Below are positions 39,477 through 52,120 of a DNA stretch of 64,000 nucleotides, one piece after another. The notes below the pieces were generated by a model. It did not search any database, was not told the DNA's origin, and saw only the letters and a program-made list of their open reading frames with translations. This stretch comes from Lama glama. Lineage: Eukaryota. How positions within the stretch are numbered: position 1 is the stretch's first letter; each line of letters opens with the position of its first letter. A program made the translations under genes and the position numbers. Location: contig CM052817.1 of assembly GCA_028534125.1 (NCBI GenBank), forward strand, positions 63,614,001 through 63,678,000, given 5' to 3'.

Positions 39477-39744
39477 CTGTACAGAGATGTCCAGAAAGTC
39501 ATACAGTTCAGATTCAGATAACAGGACCACTGGGAAGTAGGGCTTTTTAGATTATCTATAGAATATTGTGCTTTACTGTAGGATTCACAGGTTGAAAGAA
39601 ACTCAGGATAAATGGATTAAGTATTTTTTAAAAGAACAATGGGAATCGCAGAGATATCTTCAAATATCCAAAGGATATTTGAATAAAGGAAACACAGCAG
39701 CTACATAACTGCTGCAGAGAACTAGAAAAACTGAAGAAAGTTGT

Positions 39745-39850
39745 GAGGATCAAAAGCCTGCGGCAGTTAGGGCCGCCCAACGAAACACCGGAAATTAACA
39801 GAGGGAGGAGCGCAGTAGTCAGGAGAGGGGCTCCCGACCTCGGTGAGATG
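39745..39850. promoter_or_regulatory. Small CpG-rich promoter-like patch
   Basis: About 7 CpGs in about 85 bp of apparently non-repeat DNA; ETS-type ACCGGAAAT (39787-39795); GC-box-like GGCCGCCCA; plus-strand donor-like TCG/GTGAGA at 39842/39843. Confidence 0.45.
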
Positions 39851-41131
39851 TTACACTTGATGACCCTGATTCTCCCTTTCAAATCTGTGATTTCATGATG
39901 ATTATCAGTGAACAAAATAAGAGAATAAATATAGCACAAATAGAGTAGTATAGTTTGCAAAGCAGCAGTTCAAACATAACAGGCCTGCCCCTTAGAGTAA
40001 AGGAGAGTTGAACTGTGTAGCCGTATTGTAAAAGCCTGGTATTAGCACAAACTCGCATGAGCTTGTGGAAGGAAGAATATCTCTAAGGAAGGCCTATATC
40101 CTCACAAGTGTATATCTTAAAACTGAACTCAACACTTCCCAATATCTCCAAAATACAAAATCTTCTCTACAAAGCATCAAGGGGCAGTAATTTATAGTTT
40201 TTACTGAGTATTTTGGTAGAGTTATCCAAGAGAAGGCATCTCACTTAGTACAGAGCAAGTAATTTAATGATAATTAATGATATTTCTCTTCTATTCAAAA
40301 AGAAATCCCTCTTGATTCCCAGCTTCCATACCTCCTTCTTTCCATCCTTCCCAATAGCTTCTAAAAATTTCTCAGGCTCAAGTCTCTCCCTCCACCTACT
40401 TATACCTCTCTATATTTTTGGCTTTCAATGCTAAACTTTTTAGCTAAATCTCAGTCCCTTGATGTTCATTCCCCACATTATTGCTCAGAACCAATCTGAT
40501 GTGTATGAAAGGCCACTGGCTGTAGAATGACTCTGTACTCAGAAATCCTCAGGCTGGCTTATAAATAACAAATACCTTCTTCTATTTCACTTTATCTTTT
40601 TTACTCACCAGCATAATTCTGGTATGTATTAAATGTACATTCACTTTTTAAAAATATTCAGATTATCTCTCATACAACTCAATTTTCATATCAATACAAC
40701 TCTATTAAATGTGCAGACTTCCACTTAAACTTTTGGTTTTAAGTCAAAATCCACATATTCATTTGGATTGGTACTTTTGAGACAGACAGTAAACTACAAA
40801 ATATAAGTGGGAATGGTTAATGAATTTACTATAAAATGTTTAGTATATGATTAAAAACACACATTTGCTTATGTTTACAGATGAGCAAACGGTTATCTTA
40901 TATACTGTGGAATCAGAATCTCAACTTAAAATTTGTTAATTATAAAAAATAACAAATTTTTATCTGAGTTGTTTAATAATACAGGTTAAAACTAAGCTGT
41001 CCTAAAAAACTGTAAGAACAATGAAGACCAGGCAATTTTGAAGAAAGTAAAATACTATGAAAGTTGGAAAATTAACATGGCTTTTAAAATTCCCCAACAT
41101 ACTGAAGGCAATAAAACATATATATAACACT

Positions 41132-41585
41132 TGACGAAGACTCTCTCCTTGACCAGACTTGAGTCAGGCTCACCTGAATCCTCTTGGTGACTAGTCCCCA
41201 AACCTGGGCTGTGTCTTTGGCCCACTTAGTTCAGTTTTAGCAAGAAACCTTCTGCGTCAGCTTAGTTAAATCTCCACTCATAGTATCTGATCAAATTCCT
41301 CATCTACCACCCTCAAGTCCTCATCGCCCTGGCCTGGCTTCAGCAAGAATACTGCTGAGTGGGTTTAGGAAAAATCCCCCTAGCTTTGATGTTTCCTCCC
41401 AGTCATTTTCTATCTACCCCCATCTTACTCCTTGGCTGTACACCTCCACATACCCTGTTGTACTTGGAATTGAGTCCAATTTCTCTCTCCTACTGTAAAA
41501 CCCCATTGTATTAGTCCCTTTTGAATAGTCTTTTTCATCTTTAACAAGAGTTCATTAACGCTTTTTTTTTTTTTTGGCTTTAACA
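41132..41585 (+). mobile_element. ERV1 solo LTR, MER31-like
   Basis: TGACGAAGACTCTCTCCTTGACCA start, repeated AGCAAGAA units, TTTAACA end, approximate target-site duplication CACT/CACC. Confidence 0.8.
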
Positions 41586-41859
41586 CACCAGGATAAAGGA
41601 GACATAGTGCCTAATCTCTACTTAAATCTTTCTTAAAAATGTAATACGAAGTTGAAATAGCTTTCTAGACAGTAAGTTGTAGCAGGCAAGAGTCATTTAC
41701 ATATAGCATATAGTTCAGTATCCAGTAAAAAAACAAACCATAGATACTGCAAGTCTTAGATCTAGGTAAACTGGTAAATGCTAGAGAAGAGAAGGGGGTT
41801 GAGAAGGAAATGGAATCTAGAGCTGGTACTAAAAATGACATGTGATTGTCTTCTTACAC

Positions 41860-42200
41860 TGCAGCATTTTCTCTAAGTGTGGTCTAGAGTGCTTCTCAAA
41901 TTGTAATGAGCAAACATCTAAGAACAGTGTTAAAATTTTTAATTCTGATTTGGTGCCTGGGAAGAGATCTGAGGTTCTGATCTAATAAACTGATGTTGCT
42001 GATTTTTCTAATCCTTGGACAAGATTTTGCGAAGCAAAGCACCAACAACTAGTATTTATCTAGATGGTTTCTTAAAAGGGTAAAATGAGTCAGCCAAACC
42101 ATTCTGATTCAGTAGATCCAAGAGGAGGCAAAGGAATCCACATTTTTAACATTCTCCCCCAGGTGATTCTCTATGAAATCTAAACTTTGAGAAGCACTGA
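41860..42200. mobile_element. MER5-like hAT-Charlie relics
   Basis: TTCTGATTCAGTAG..., ATTTTTAACA..CCCCAGGTGATTCT..., AACTTTGAGAAGCACTG. Confidence 0.6.
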
Positions 42201-42479
42201 CTCATTAAAAAAGCTGGAAGAGGGGTTGGGAATGGGTTTGCCACCAAAAAACAATAGTCTTATTTATATACAGCTCCCAGGAGCTTTAAACTCCAAGGAT
42301 GTCCTTGATGTTAACTTTCACAGGGTTTCATATGAATAAAAATGTTAAGCAGTGAGATTGTGAAATGATTTGCTCAGGGCCTCTACCCCACTGGGGATGG
42401 CCCTAAGCCATTAAAAACAAGTTAAATGGTAGAAATTGAGTAGAAATAAGTTCCAAATCCTCAGGAAGCAAAGAGGTTA

Positions 42480-43110
42480 ATTAGCAAGGTTAGTCTAGGA
42501 TCCAGAACTGTGTCCCCTATTCAGTACTTTTGTTAATGATCTGGAAAAGAAGGTGAAGTTTTAAAATTTGCAGAAAAAACTTATTTTAATTTTCTTGAGA
42601 TTAGGGAAATTGGTTGAATTCCAAAAGACCTAACAATATAAGGCAATTAAGAAGCACAAAGGTTGATAAATCCATTTAAAATATGTAAAGGCAAAGCACA
42701 TTTGAAAAATAAATTCAAATTACTCATACACATTGATGAGCTCTGAACTAAATGTAATTTTCTCAGGAATAAGATTTATGTATCTCTTTGTGCAATTCAG
42801 TGAAGACATTTGTTCACTACCTAGAGGCAATAAAAATGGAATGAGGTATTAAGCCATATTAAAAGAGGCCAGAAATAGGACACACATATTATAATACCTC
42901 AATTTACAAATCAATAACATCTCTTTATCTTAACTATAGTACTCTAGCAGTCATCTTAGTCATATCATCTTTAGGAGGCTATGTGAGAACCCAAAAGCAA
43001 TGAGGACTATTACACTTACAAGGAAAATGAGGCAGTCTTTATGATAAAAGATTAAAGGACACATTTAGTTGAGAAAAGGAAAATTAAAAGGATATGTAAT
43101 AGTATATAAA
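42480..43110 (+). mobile_element. CR1/L3 LINE reverse-transcriptase relic
   Basis: CCCCTATTCAGTACTTTTGTTAATGATCTGG (PLFSTFVNDL, compare PVLFNIFINDL) followed by AAATTTGCAGA (KFAD-like). Confidence 0.55.
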
Positions 43111-43599
43111 GTAATGAATACTAATGGCAAAGCCAATTGGGCACTCTACATATATTTCTAAAGACCATTTGCTAGTAATAGAAAAAATGTAATCCAATTA
43201 TATCAGGAGGTAGACAAATATCACAAATAAAGGCTATATTAGTTCTTAACAATGTCCTATGAAAAATTCATTGTAAAGTGTATTGTATTATCTAGGTAAA
43301 TAAAATGACAGAATGAGATTAGCAGACATGGTTTAAAAATAATGGCCTATAGCTATATCTGAAGATGATATGCAGTGTACTAAATATGATCAGTTAGAAG
43401 TACATAGTTTTTCCTTTGACTATTCCTATACTTTGCAGTATAGAGAAAGAAAAGAAAATGGAGAGAAACAAAGGTTGCTACTTTGCCCTGATGAGTGAAG
43501 TGGATCTAGTTATTTCCATCTACTGTTACTGAAAAATATAACTTCAAAAACCTCATTTATCAATTCTTAATAAATAGACTTAAAATTAAGTATATGCCA

Positions 43600-45335
43600 T
43601 TAAAAAGTCTAAAATTGATTAAATAATACCCAGTATTTGACAGTAATTGTGCCAGATGCTGGAAATAAACTGATGAGCAGGAAAGACATTGTCCCTGACT
43701 TCATCAAGCCAACCCCACAGGCGATTACACTCCAGTGTGAGAAACGGTAAAACAGAAGTACATGCAAATATGATAACACAGGAACATACAGAAGAGACAC
43801 ATAACCAGATTTAGAGTATCAGGCAAAGCCTCCTAGAATACCTAATTCCTACTAAGAGGAGCTAAAAACTTTTCAAGTGAAGGGCAGCAGGGCCAGGCTG
43901 TTCAACAGTCAATGACATGGTACATTCTTGCGAATGAAAGAGGTTCAGTACATTCAAACTGAAAATGAGAAAGGAAAAGAGGCTAGGGAGATAAACTAAG
44001 GTCTGGTCATACATGCCACGACGAGGGTTTGAACTTCATCCTAAAAAAAGATGAGAAACTCTTGAGTGGTAGAAATTTATCACTACGTTTTCACTTTAGA
44101 AAGTGATCCGGCTGCAATGTGACTCATAGGCTGGGAATGGAGGATGAGGAGAAAGGCTGGGAGTCTGTACAGTTTTTCTGGTATAGATGATTATAGGTAA
44201 GGTATTGATGTTGAGAATGATAGAAAGAGACAAATTAGAGAAATGTTTAGTGGGTAGAAACACCAAGTGTCTGCCTGACTGGATGGGGGGGCCCAGGGGA
44301 AGAAGAACAAACAACTCCCAGGTTCAAGTGTGGTACTATTAGCTGACAGAGGAAAGCCAAAGCAGAGGACACACTTGGGGCAGGAGAGTGGACAGAGATA
44401 CACGCCGCTCGAGGCACCTACAAGCACTCCAAGTGAGACGTCAGGAGGCAGTTAGATATGGGTATTAGAAGCAAGGGAAGAGAGCTCCTTGAATATGAAT
44501 ATCCAGCCATATGATGTAGGGTGCCAGCATATGCCACCCCAGACTTCGCCACTTTGGCATAAGGATTATTTTGAGCTGAAGACAACTGAGAAGACGCAGA
44601 TACAAGAAAAGCTCCTTGCCATTTCCCGATTTCCCTAACAGCAGAACATGTATTTCCAAAGGTGTCTCTCCTCCTCTGTCTACCAGGAAGGACAAAAGTT
44701 AATCACCAGAGACAACTTTAGACCCCATCAACCTGAAGGCAGCACCAGAGGAATTTACATAGCAAACTTTACTAACTAGCCTTTGTCTACTATTAGTTTC
44801 TTCCCATATATATTTACTTTCCCACACCTTGCAGTCTTTGGAAGCTTAAAACTGCTTTCCTTTGTCTTGCCAGTTCTCCACAAATGCATCGTTATTTGTG
44901 ATGATGTTATACAAGCCTGAGTTTTAAGACACTGCTTTGAGTTACTTATTCTTTCCTGGTTGTCTCCCATGTATACACAAGGTTTATGTGTTAATAAACC
45001 TAAATTTGTTTTTCTCTTGTTTCTTATATTATATAAACTCCAGCTGAGAACTTAGAAGGGTAGAGGGAAAAATATTTTTCCTCTTCTATTGTATAAATCT
45101 GAACAGAGTATCTGTGCAAAAATATGTGGAATGAGAAGAGAAAAGAGTGTAAAAAAGAGGTCTGAGAAATATCAACCATTACAGTATGTGGAGGAAAAAG
45201 AAGACTAAGAAAAAATAGCCAGACAGATAGAAAGAAAATTAGCAAAGTATGATGCTGATGTCATGGAGGCAGGAAAAAAAAAAAAAAAGAGGGATGTGGG
45301 AGCATCAACACTGCCCAAATTATAGAGAGATAAGT
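43600..45335 (-). mobile_element. L2 fragment interrupted by a MER34-like LTR
   Basis: TGTGCCAGATGCTGG..AAAGACATTGTCCCTG and later L2 body motifs on both sides of the LTR. Confidence 0.65.
44515..45089 (+). mobile_element. ERV1 solo LTR, MER34-like
   Basis: TGTAGGG..ATATGCCACCCC..CCACTTTGGCATAAGGATTATTTTGAGCTGAAG start; AATAAA at about 44993; end GAACTTAGAAGGGTAGAGGGAAAA..TTTTCCTC. Confidence 0.8.
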
Positions 45336-46199
45336 TAATGTCTCTCCACCAGAATGAGGCAGCTATCTGTTCCATTTTGTTCATCACAACATCCTCACTG
45401 CATAGAACTGAGCCAAAGAGAATAAGCATCCATTTATGATTAAAGAATACATTCCTCATCATTGTTTAATGGTCTTTAACTCATTTGAAGTCCATATCTT
45501 ATTTTACATTACTGATTTATGCCTCGAATCATTACTATATAGTAGTGAAACTTTTACAAAGGAAAATGATGCATGCATTTGTTTAGAATTTGTTTCTAAA
45601 GAGAAAAAGAAAAACCTTCAAAAATCTGATATTAAAAGAAACACAAGATATGTTAGATATAACTGTATAATGTTTTTAAAAATGTGTACCTGAGATTGTG
45701 CTGTACTTAGGTATTGTCAGTTTTATTGAAAAATTATCACGTATTAAAAATTCTCTACTATTCCAGATTATAAAAAGTATTTCAATTTAAAACTTGTTTA
45801 TCTGATTATGAGATTTTATTATAGTTGTACAATATCCACCACTATAATGTTGTTTGAGGTACAAATATGGTACCCCACTTCACTTCTCAGGTTCTGAGAA
45901 AACTCTGCTTTTATTAGAAAGAGCATACAAAAGAGAGTCAGTTTGATAAATTAGCATGAGAAAAGAGCCTGTAGGCAGAGAGAAGAGATTGAAAGAGAGC
46001 CTGTGTGGGTGGAGGAAAGGTAAACTAGGAAACAGTAGAAGATACTGAGTTGCTTTAAAGAGAATTGCTACTCTAGGCAAATTGACTTCGAGAGCTTATG
46101 AGACACCTAACATATGACTATACTCAAGGTATGAAGTGGAATAAATGAGTTCAGATACAGCATTATGAATGACTTATATAGTGAACAGATCAGGGTACC

Positions 46200-46390
46200 A
46201 ATTTAATCACTCTGTTTACTTATGGCCTTGGCATATTACTTAGCCTAGCTGAGTAATGTCTCTATCTACAAAAGTAGGATAAACTATATATTACATTGTT
46301 GCTGTAAGAATTACATAAAATAATATATTTATTATATATATTCACTTCACTAGCACATGTCTAGACCTAGTAAAAACTAAATAATAATGA
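46200..46390 (+). mobile_element. MIR SINE
   Basis: GGCCTTGGCATATTACTTAGCCT...ATCTACAAAAGTAGGATAA. Confidence 0.55.
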
Positions 46391-46614
46391 GAATGACAAT
46401 GTCATTTTTCTCTGACCTGCTCAAAGATAATTTCACTACAATCAAGAGGATGAAAGTCATTTTAAAATATCCTTTATCTTGCCATAAATAGCTTTTGAAG
46501 CCTCGAAATAAAGACATAGTATTGGATTTGGAGTGTGAATACTTAAGTTCAAGTCATAGGATGTGTCTTATTCGTACTTGAAGATGTCGTGGGCTGAAGT
46601 GTGCTTCCCTGCAA

Positions 46615-47370
46615 AATAATGTCATTATCCATTTATCCAAACCTGTAGAATGTACAACACCAAGAGCAAATTCTAATGTAAGTTACAGACTTTGGGAGAT
46701 AATGATGTATCAAAGTAGGTTCATCCTGGTGTGAACGAAAATACTGCAACCATACCAGTAAACAAAGAATGCTGAAACCAAGTCATCAGCAGCTGCCACC
46801 ACCCCCCAATGAGGACAGCCCCTCTGCAGCCCAGCCTCTGCAGCCACTCACAATGGTGCAACTCTGAGCTGACTCAGAATAATAAAGGACAAAATAATGG
46901 CCCTAGATAGCTAGATGCTTGTCAAAGGAATGAATTCAATGAGCCCAATGTTTGCTTCCTCCTATACATAGAAAAGCACTAAATTCTTTAACTTGAGATG
47001 CCTGGTTTTCTTTAGATAACAAGTAATCTTTTATTGTTTCAACTACCTGGTCTTTGTTGTAAAGCTCCTATACATCCTAGCTCCTCCCCTACTTCTTTGG
47101 AGCAGTCAGTCCCTCAGAGCCATCTGAGGGGCTGTCACCCCAGCTGGAGTACTCCTGCCAAATAAAACAACTCTGAACTTTTAGGCTGCGCATTTATTTC
47201 AGTCAACCCTGGTAACAAAGGTACCACCCTGGTGGGGGATGTTGATAATACAAGAGGATTTGCATGTGTGGGAGCAGGAGAGAATATAAGAAATCTGTGT
47301 CTTCTGCTCAATATTTCTGTGAACCTAAAGCTGCTCTAAAGAATAAAATTTATTAAAAACAAAACAAAAA
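46615..47370 (+). mobile_element. Old L1 (L1MB/MC-like) 3' UTR split by an LTR
   Basis: AAACCTGTAGAATGTACAACACCAAGAG ... GTAACAAAGGTACCACCCTGGTGGGGGATGTTGATAAT ... GTGAACCTAAAGCTGCTCTAAA. Confidence 0.75.
46730..47208 (+). mobile_element. ERV1 solo LTR
   Basis: TG start, AATAAA at 47161, end TTTCAGTCAAC(C), target-site duplication CTGG; interrupts L1 cleanly. Confidence 0.8.
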
Positions 47371-47535
47371 AGCTAATAAAATATAGATAAATTAAAAGGG
47401 AGAAAGGTTACAGAGGCGAGTGGCTTATAATATGGAATAACCTAGTTTAGGAAACTCTTATACTAGTTCTATATTTATTTACCACCATGTATGGAATGTT
47501 TAACATTTAGTTAATAGTTTAATAGTTATAATTAC

Positions 47536-47556
47536 CTATGTTGTTAATGCTATCCA
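47536..47556 (-). other. Candidate 21-nt micro-exon
   Basis: Acceptor tatattttcattacAG, donor TAG/GTAATT. Confidence 0.25.
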
Positions 47557-49611
47557 CTGTAATGAAAATATAGAAGAATAATGTATTCCTTATGATTTCT
47601 AAAAGGGAAGTCAGTTCACTTTGAAATTAATAAAACTCTAAATGCACTATGATTGCAGAATAAAAGTAGTAAGTAAAGCTCGTTTTAAACAGAATAATTT
47701 GTTGTGCTAAACTCTTTCTGTGTGACAGGGCTTTCAATTTGCTTAGACCATACACACTGCTAAATACAACACTTAACATTTCTGAGAGGTTTTCACTTAT
47801 AATTTTTTTCCTTAGAATGTGGCTTTATAATCATTTTTGATCCACATCTGCTGTTGAATTTTTTTAGTTTGCATTAGAACAAAACAAATTTCAATCTACT
47901 GAGTATCTCCACAGGAGACCTAAATTCTAGTCTCTGCTCTCTCATTATTAACTGTGACTGCAGTTATTATTATGCAAATTATAATTTTAAAGTGAGGAGT
48001 TCCTACTTGTGTACCTGGACATATATACACTTATTATTCTTACAAAATTTCCTTTTCTAGCTGTCTTTGACAGTTGTCAAGCATGCAGATAATGGGTTCA
48101 CAAAAGCATTCAAACTGGTGCCTAGGGTGGGTGGGCCCCTTATATCATAGTTACTTGCTTATGGGCACTTTCACTGTCACAGACCGAGGTACCTCTTACT
48201 GTGACTATTAAATGAATTTAAGAGTAACTAAAAGCTTAAAGGCGTAATCAGTATTACATGATATTATCTACATTCTTAATATCTCAGTAAACTAGGATAC
48301 GAAGAATGTGAAATTCAATGCAGATAAATATAAAGATGTATTTCTAAAGAATACAAGCAGAACGTAATAAATATCTAAACTAATTTAGTTCATGTCAGAA
48401 AGATCTGGGGATTGTCTACAAGCCCTACTGGTGCCAAGATTATAACGGGACTAGAAAGAGAACTGAATTGTAGTCCACACATAGAAGAAACATTATATAG
48501 CCAGGATTCAAATCAAGATTGATATGTATTTCGTTCTATTTGTATCACTCAGACCATAGCAGGACGAATTTGGGAAAGTATTTCACCTCTTTTGGTCTCA
48601 GTTAAGTATGTAAAATACATTTAATAAAAGCAGTTACCACATATAGTTGTTATAAGTGGACAAACATGAGACGCACTTAGTTCTTGCATAGAATAGACAC
48701 TAAAAAATGTTCATAAGGAATATATTCTCCATTAGAATCATGATGGGGCTAGAAATTGATGGGACGGTGAGCAATCTTCCTGGTGCTCACTTCTGTCTCT
48801 GCCTTGTCACATTTCAGGAATGGAAAACAGGGAGAGTTCAAGACTCCAGTGAAAATACGCCTATAGGACACGCGTGTATGTTTACGCTCGATCTGGTCTC
48901 CCAACATGAGCACTCAAAGAGCATCTGTTTTTAAAGGCTCCATCACTTTTCTTTAAATTGGCTTGGTTACGAACTGTTTTTCACCTCATTCTGTCTCAAG
49001 AGAAGACACTGGCTAGGTGATGTGATACAGTAGGTAGAATCTCCCTGAACCTCAGTCTGCCTTAAGGGGCTGAAATTCCTATAAGATTAATTACCCTGTT
49101 AGGATTTTTTTTCCCTGTTAAAGTAAAAGAACTGTAGAAAGAATGATGGTAAAAGGGAGGCAGATAACATAGTATCTGTCATTAATACATTAATGTAATT
49201 TTTAACCTAAAAAGTAACTCAGAACAGTTATTTATGGTTATGCATGCTATCATAAGAATAGGGGATCAATTAATTTGTAAAATCAACATTTATTAATTGA
49301 ATGTTCACTATATGCCAAGTACCCAATATATACCAGATTCTGTACAAGTTCCTAGAAGCCCTGAAGCAGGCAGTACAGGACAGATTGGAGCAGCATGAAA
49401 ATACAATCTCCTAGAAATAGGTGGGTAAGATAAAAATCTAACATGAAAGATGGGAGACAACAAACTCTCACTCTGAGTAAATCATTCTTGTTGATCTGTA
49501 TCACTTCATCACTTACATCTATCATTCCACAAAGGTCTTTATCATTCCATATTTTTTTTAACATAACACATATCCTTTTTCTGAGCATTATAAGGCACAG
49601 CAGAGTCTTAC

Positions 49612-49641
49612 TTCAGGTTCCAGAATGATTTTTTAAAACAC
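49612..49641 (-). other. Candidate 30-nt micro-exon
   Basis: Acceptor ctctcttcactttAG, donor GAA/GTAAGA. Confidence 0.3.
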
Positions 49642-51465
49642 CTAAAGTGAAGAGAGTCATTATTGGGTGCCTCCAAAAATAACTACTTTGAGTGATAAAA
49701 ATATTTTTATGGAAACTGGTAACATCTCTTACATACATCTGCAGAAATAGAGATTTTATCGCATAACCCTCAGACAAAGCACTCATCATCTACTAAAAGA
49801 TAAGAAACTGGTGATTAGAGTAAATGGTGAAGTTACTTAGGTTTACATCACTAATGCATGGAATTAACCATATTTGATGTTATTAGAGAGGAATAAGCCA
49901 TCTCCCTAATCATAATCATCTTGATCCAATTCCATCCTTCAGAAATTTTAATTCATCTAACTTATAAGAAAATGTGTTAAACAAAGGCACTTCACAATAT
50001 TAGTGCAATTTGCATCAAATGCACTAGAGAAAATTACCTAATACAATTTTCTAAGCCATTTAGTATCATGAACTTGGCACTAAAAGGAGAAAATTGCATT
50101 TTATGATTTGTAGGCTGTTGAAAATATCACACACCTGAATTCACACAATCTACATATTTTTATGCAGTTTCCTCAACAAAAAAACAAGTCTTTAATAAGC
50201 CAGAACACTAACTTGAAGATTTTACTGCATTAAACTAAAACAGAAAGATAAGACATCTAGCTCTATTTGAGAAACAAACAGTAACTATAAAAGTGCTATC
50301 ATCATTTCTCTCCCTCCTTTGGAATAAAATTACAAGTCTCTTCTTGTCTCTATAGTTATTTTTTGTAAGACTTAAGGAATAAAAAGATTAAAAGGAGTAC
50401 TGAAAAAAAATATATGTGTATGTATTTTATCAATGTTCATCTCTACTCGATCAAAAGTTACTGAAGAAAAGGACCAAAGAGAGAAGACCTATATATTAAT
50501 AGAGAACATTAATTTCCCTTGAAAAAATACTTATACTTTCTTAGAAGGTTTGTGTCAGTATAAAACTAAATTATATAAACTAGACAGAGTTATTCATTTA
50601 GAAAATGGATCTTATAAAAAAGGTCTCTGGATTTGTAATTCCTTAGTCAGTTATCAGAGAGAGGGAGTCAAAAAAAATGAAGCACACAGTATTTGGAATT
50701 ATGACAAAAAATGCAAGTTTTTCAGAATTTGTCTATTGAGTTCAACAGAGTAGCTATCATTTCTATCTTATCTTCATGTGGCACATAAAATAGTGGCAAT
50801 AAAATGCTGTAAAGAGAATTATTCCTGAGAGTCTTCTGTTGTCTTGGTACTGCAAACACGGCAGGGTCACATTTCAACTTAGACACCCAAAAACTGACTC
50901 ATCTTGCCAAAGAGAATAGAATGTAAAACATCACTTTAACCTCAGCATCAGAAAGAGAAATCAGATGGCAGAAAAGACACAAGGGCAGACACAGATTTCT
51001 CAGGCAAGAGAAGGAGCTGCAGGGCCATGCAAACAGAACAAAAGGCATTCCTGAGGTTAACAATTAACACAGGCAGCAAGAATTCTGCGGGACATATTAG
51101 AGCAAGGGAAGCAAAGACTCTGTAGAAATCAATTTATAAAGACTGTACTTAATGTGACCTCTGAGCAACTGCATTAGCAGGGACTGAGAATTTCTTGCAA
51201 ATAGAATAAGGATCCTGAAATAAGAGATGTCAACACCAAGGAAGAAAGGCACAGAAACAAGAGCAAAGTGACATATACAAAAGAGGAATCTAGATTAAAA
51301 GGGAATGCAGGCTACTTCTGAAGCCAAACTAAGCCTTCCTTAGCAAGAAGTACATGAGAACCCTACAGCATACTTTTAGAATGCTGCATATACCTGTGCC
51401 TGAGGTAGCTACAAGATAAAATCCATAATGTCACATGCACGGTCATTCCCTGGTAGAGGTTCTAT

Positions 51466-51469
51466 TATA

Positions 51470-51500
<31 letters not shown>

Positions 51501-51504
51501 GTAT
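51466..51504. repeat. (TA)n microsatellite
   Basis: Directly visible TA run. Confidence 0.9.
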
Positions 51505-51627
51505 AGTTCATTAATTAATGAACTTGAGAATTAAAATGCCAATCTGGAAAAATGTTAATTAAAGATGTATGGATCATGTAACTCCTACCTGATTATAAGT
51601 CAAAATCCCAGAATGTGGGGAAAAAAA

Positions 51628-52120
51628 CAGTAGGTGGCCTTCTAAGATGGCCCTAAGGATCCCCATTTACCTGTATTTACAAACTTTTATGATCCCCTTC
51701 ACTTGAGTGTGGGCTGGACGTGGAAAAGGAATATGACTTTTGAAAATAGGTTACACAAGTCTGTGACTTCTGTCTGTGGCTCTTCTTGTTCACTTCCTCT
51801 GAGGGAAGCCAGCCGCCTTTGTGTGTGCTGCTCTACAGACAGACCCACGTGACAAGGAACTGAAGCCAGCCTCCAGCCCACAGCCAAGGAGAAACTGAGG
51901 CCTCAGTCCGAAAGTCCATGAGAAAGTGAACTGTCCCAACGGGAGGAGGCATCATTCCCCAGTTGAGACATCTGGAGGTAGCCTTGCAAGACTCGGAGCC
52001 AGGGGACCCAGCAAAGCCTCCCCCAGATGCCTGAACCAAAGAAATTGTGAGATAATAAATGCTGCTATCAGTCATTACATGCTGGAGTCACCTGTTAAGC
52101 AACAATAGATAACTAATGCA
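51628..52120 (+). mobile_element. MLT1F-like MaLR LTR
   Basis: TCTAAGATGGCCC..GATCCCC..CTTGAGTGTGGGCTGGAC start, GAGAAACTGAGGCCTCAGTCC, end GCAACAATAGATAACTAATGCA. Confidence 0.8.

Noticed and set aside
48240..48570. Second CR1/L3-like remnant
   Set aside because: Only weak motif resemblance (TGAAATTCAATGCAGATAAAT, GAAAGATCTGGGG); too degenerate to call.
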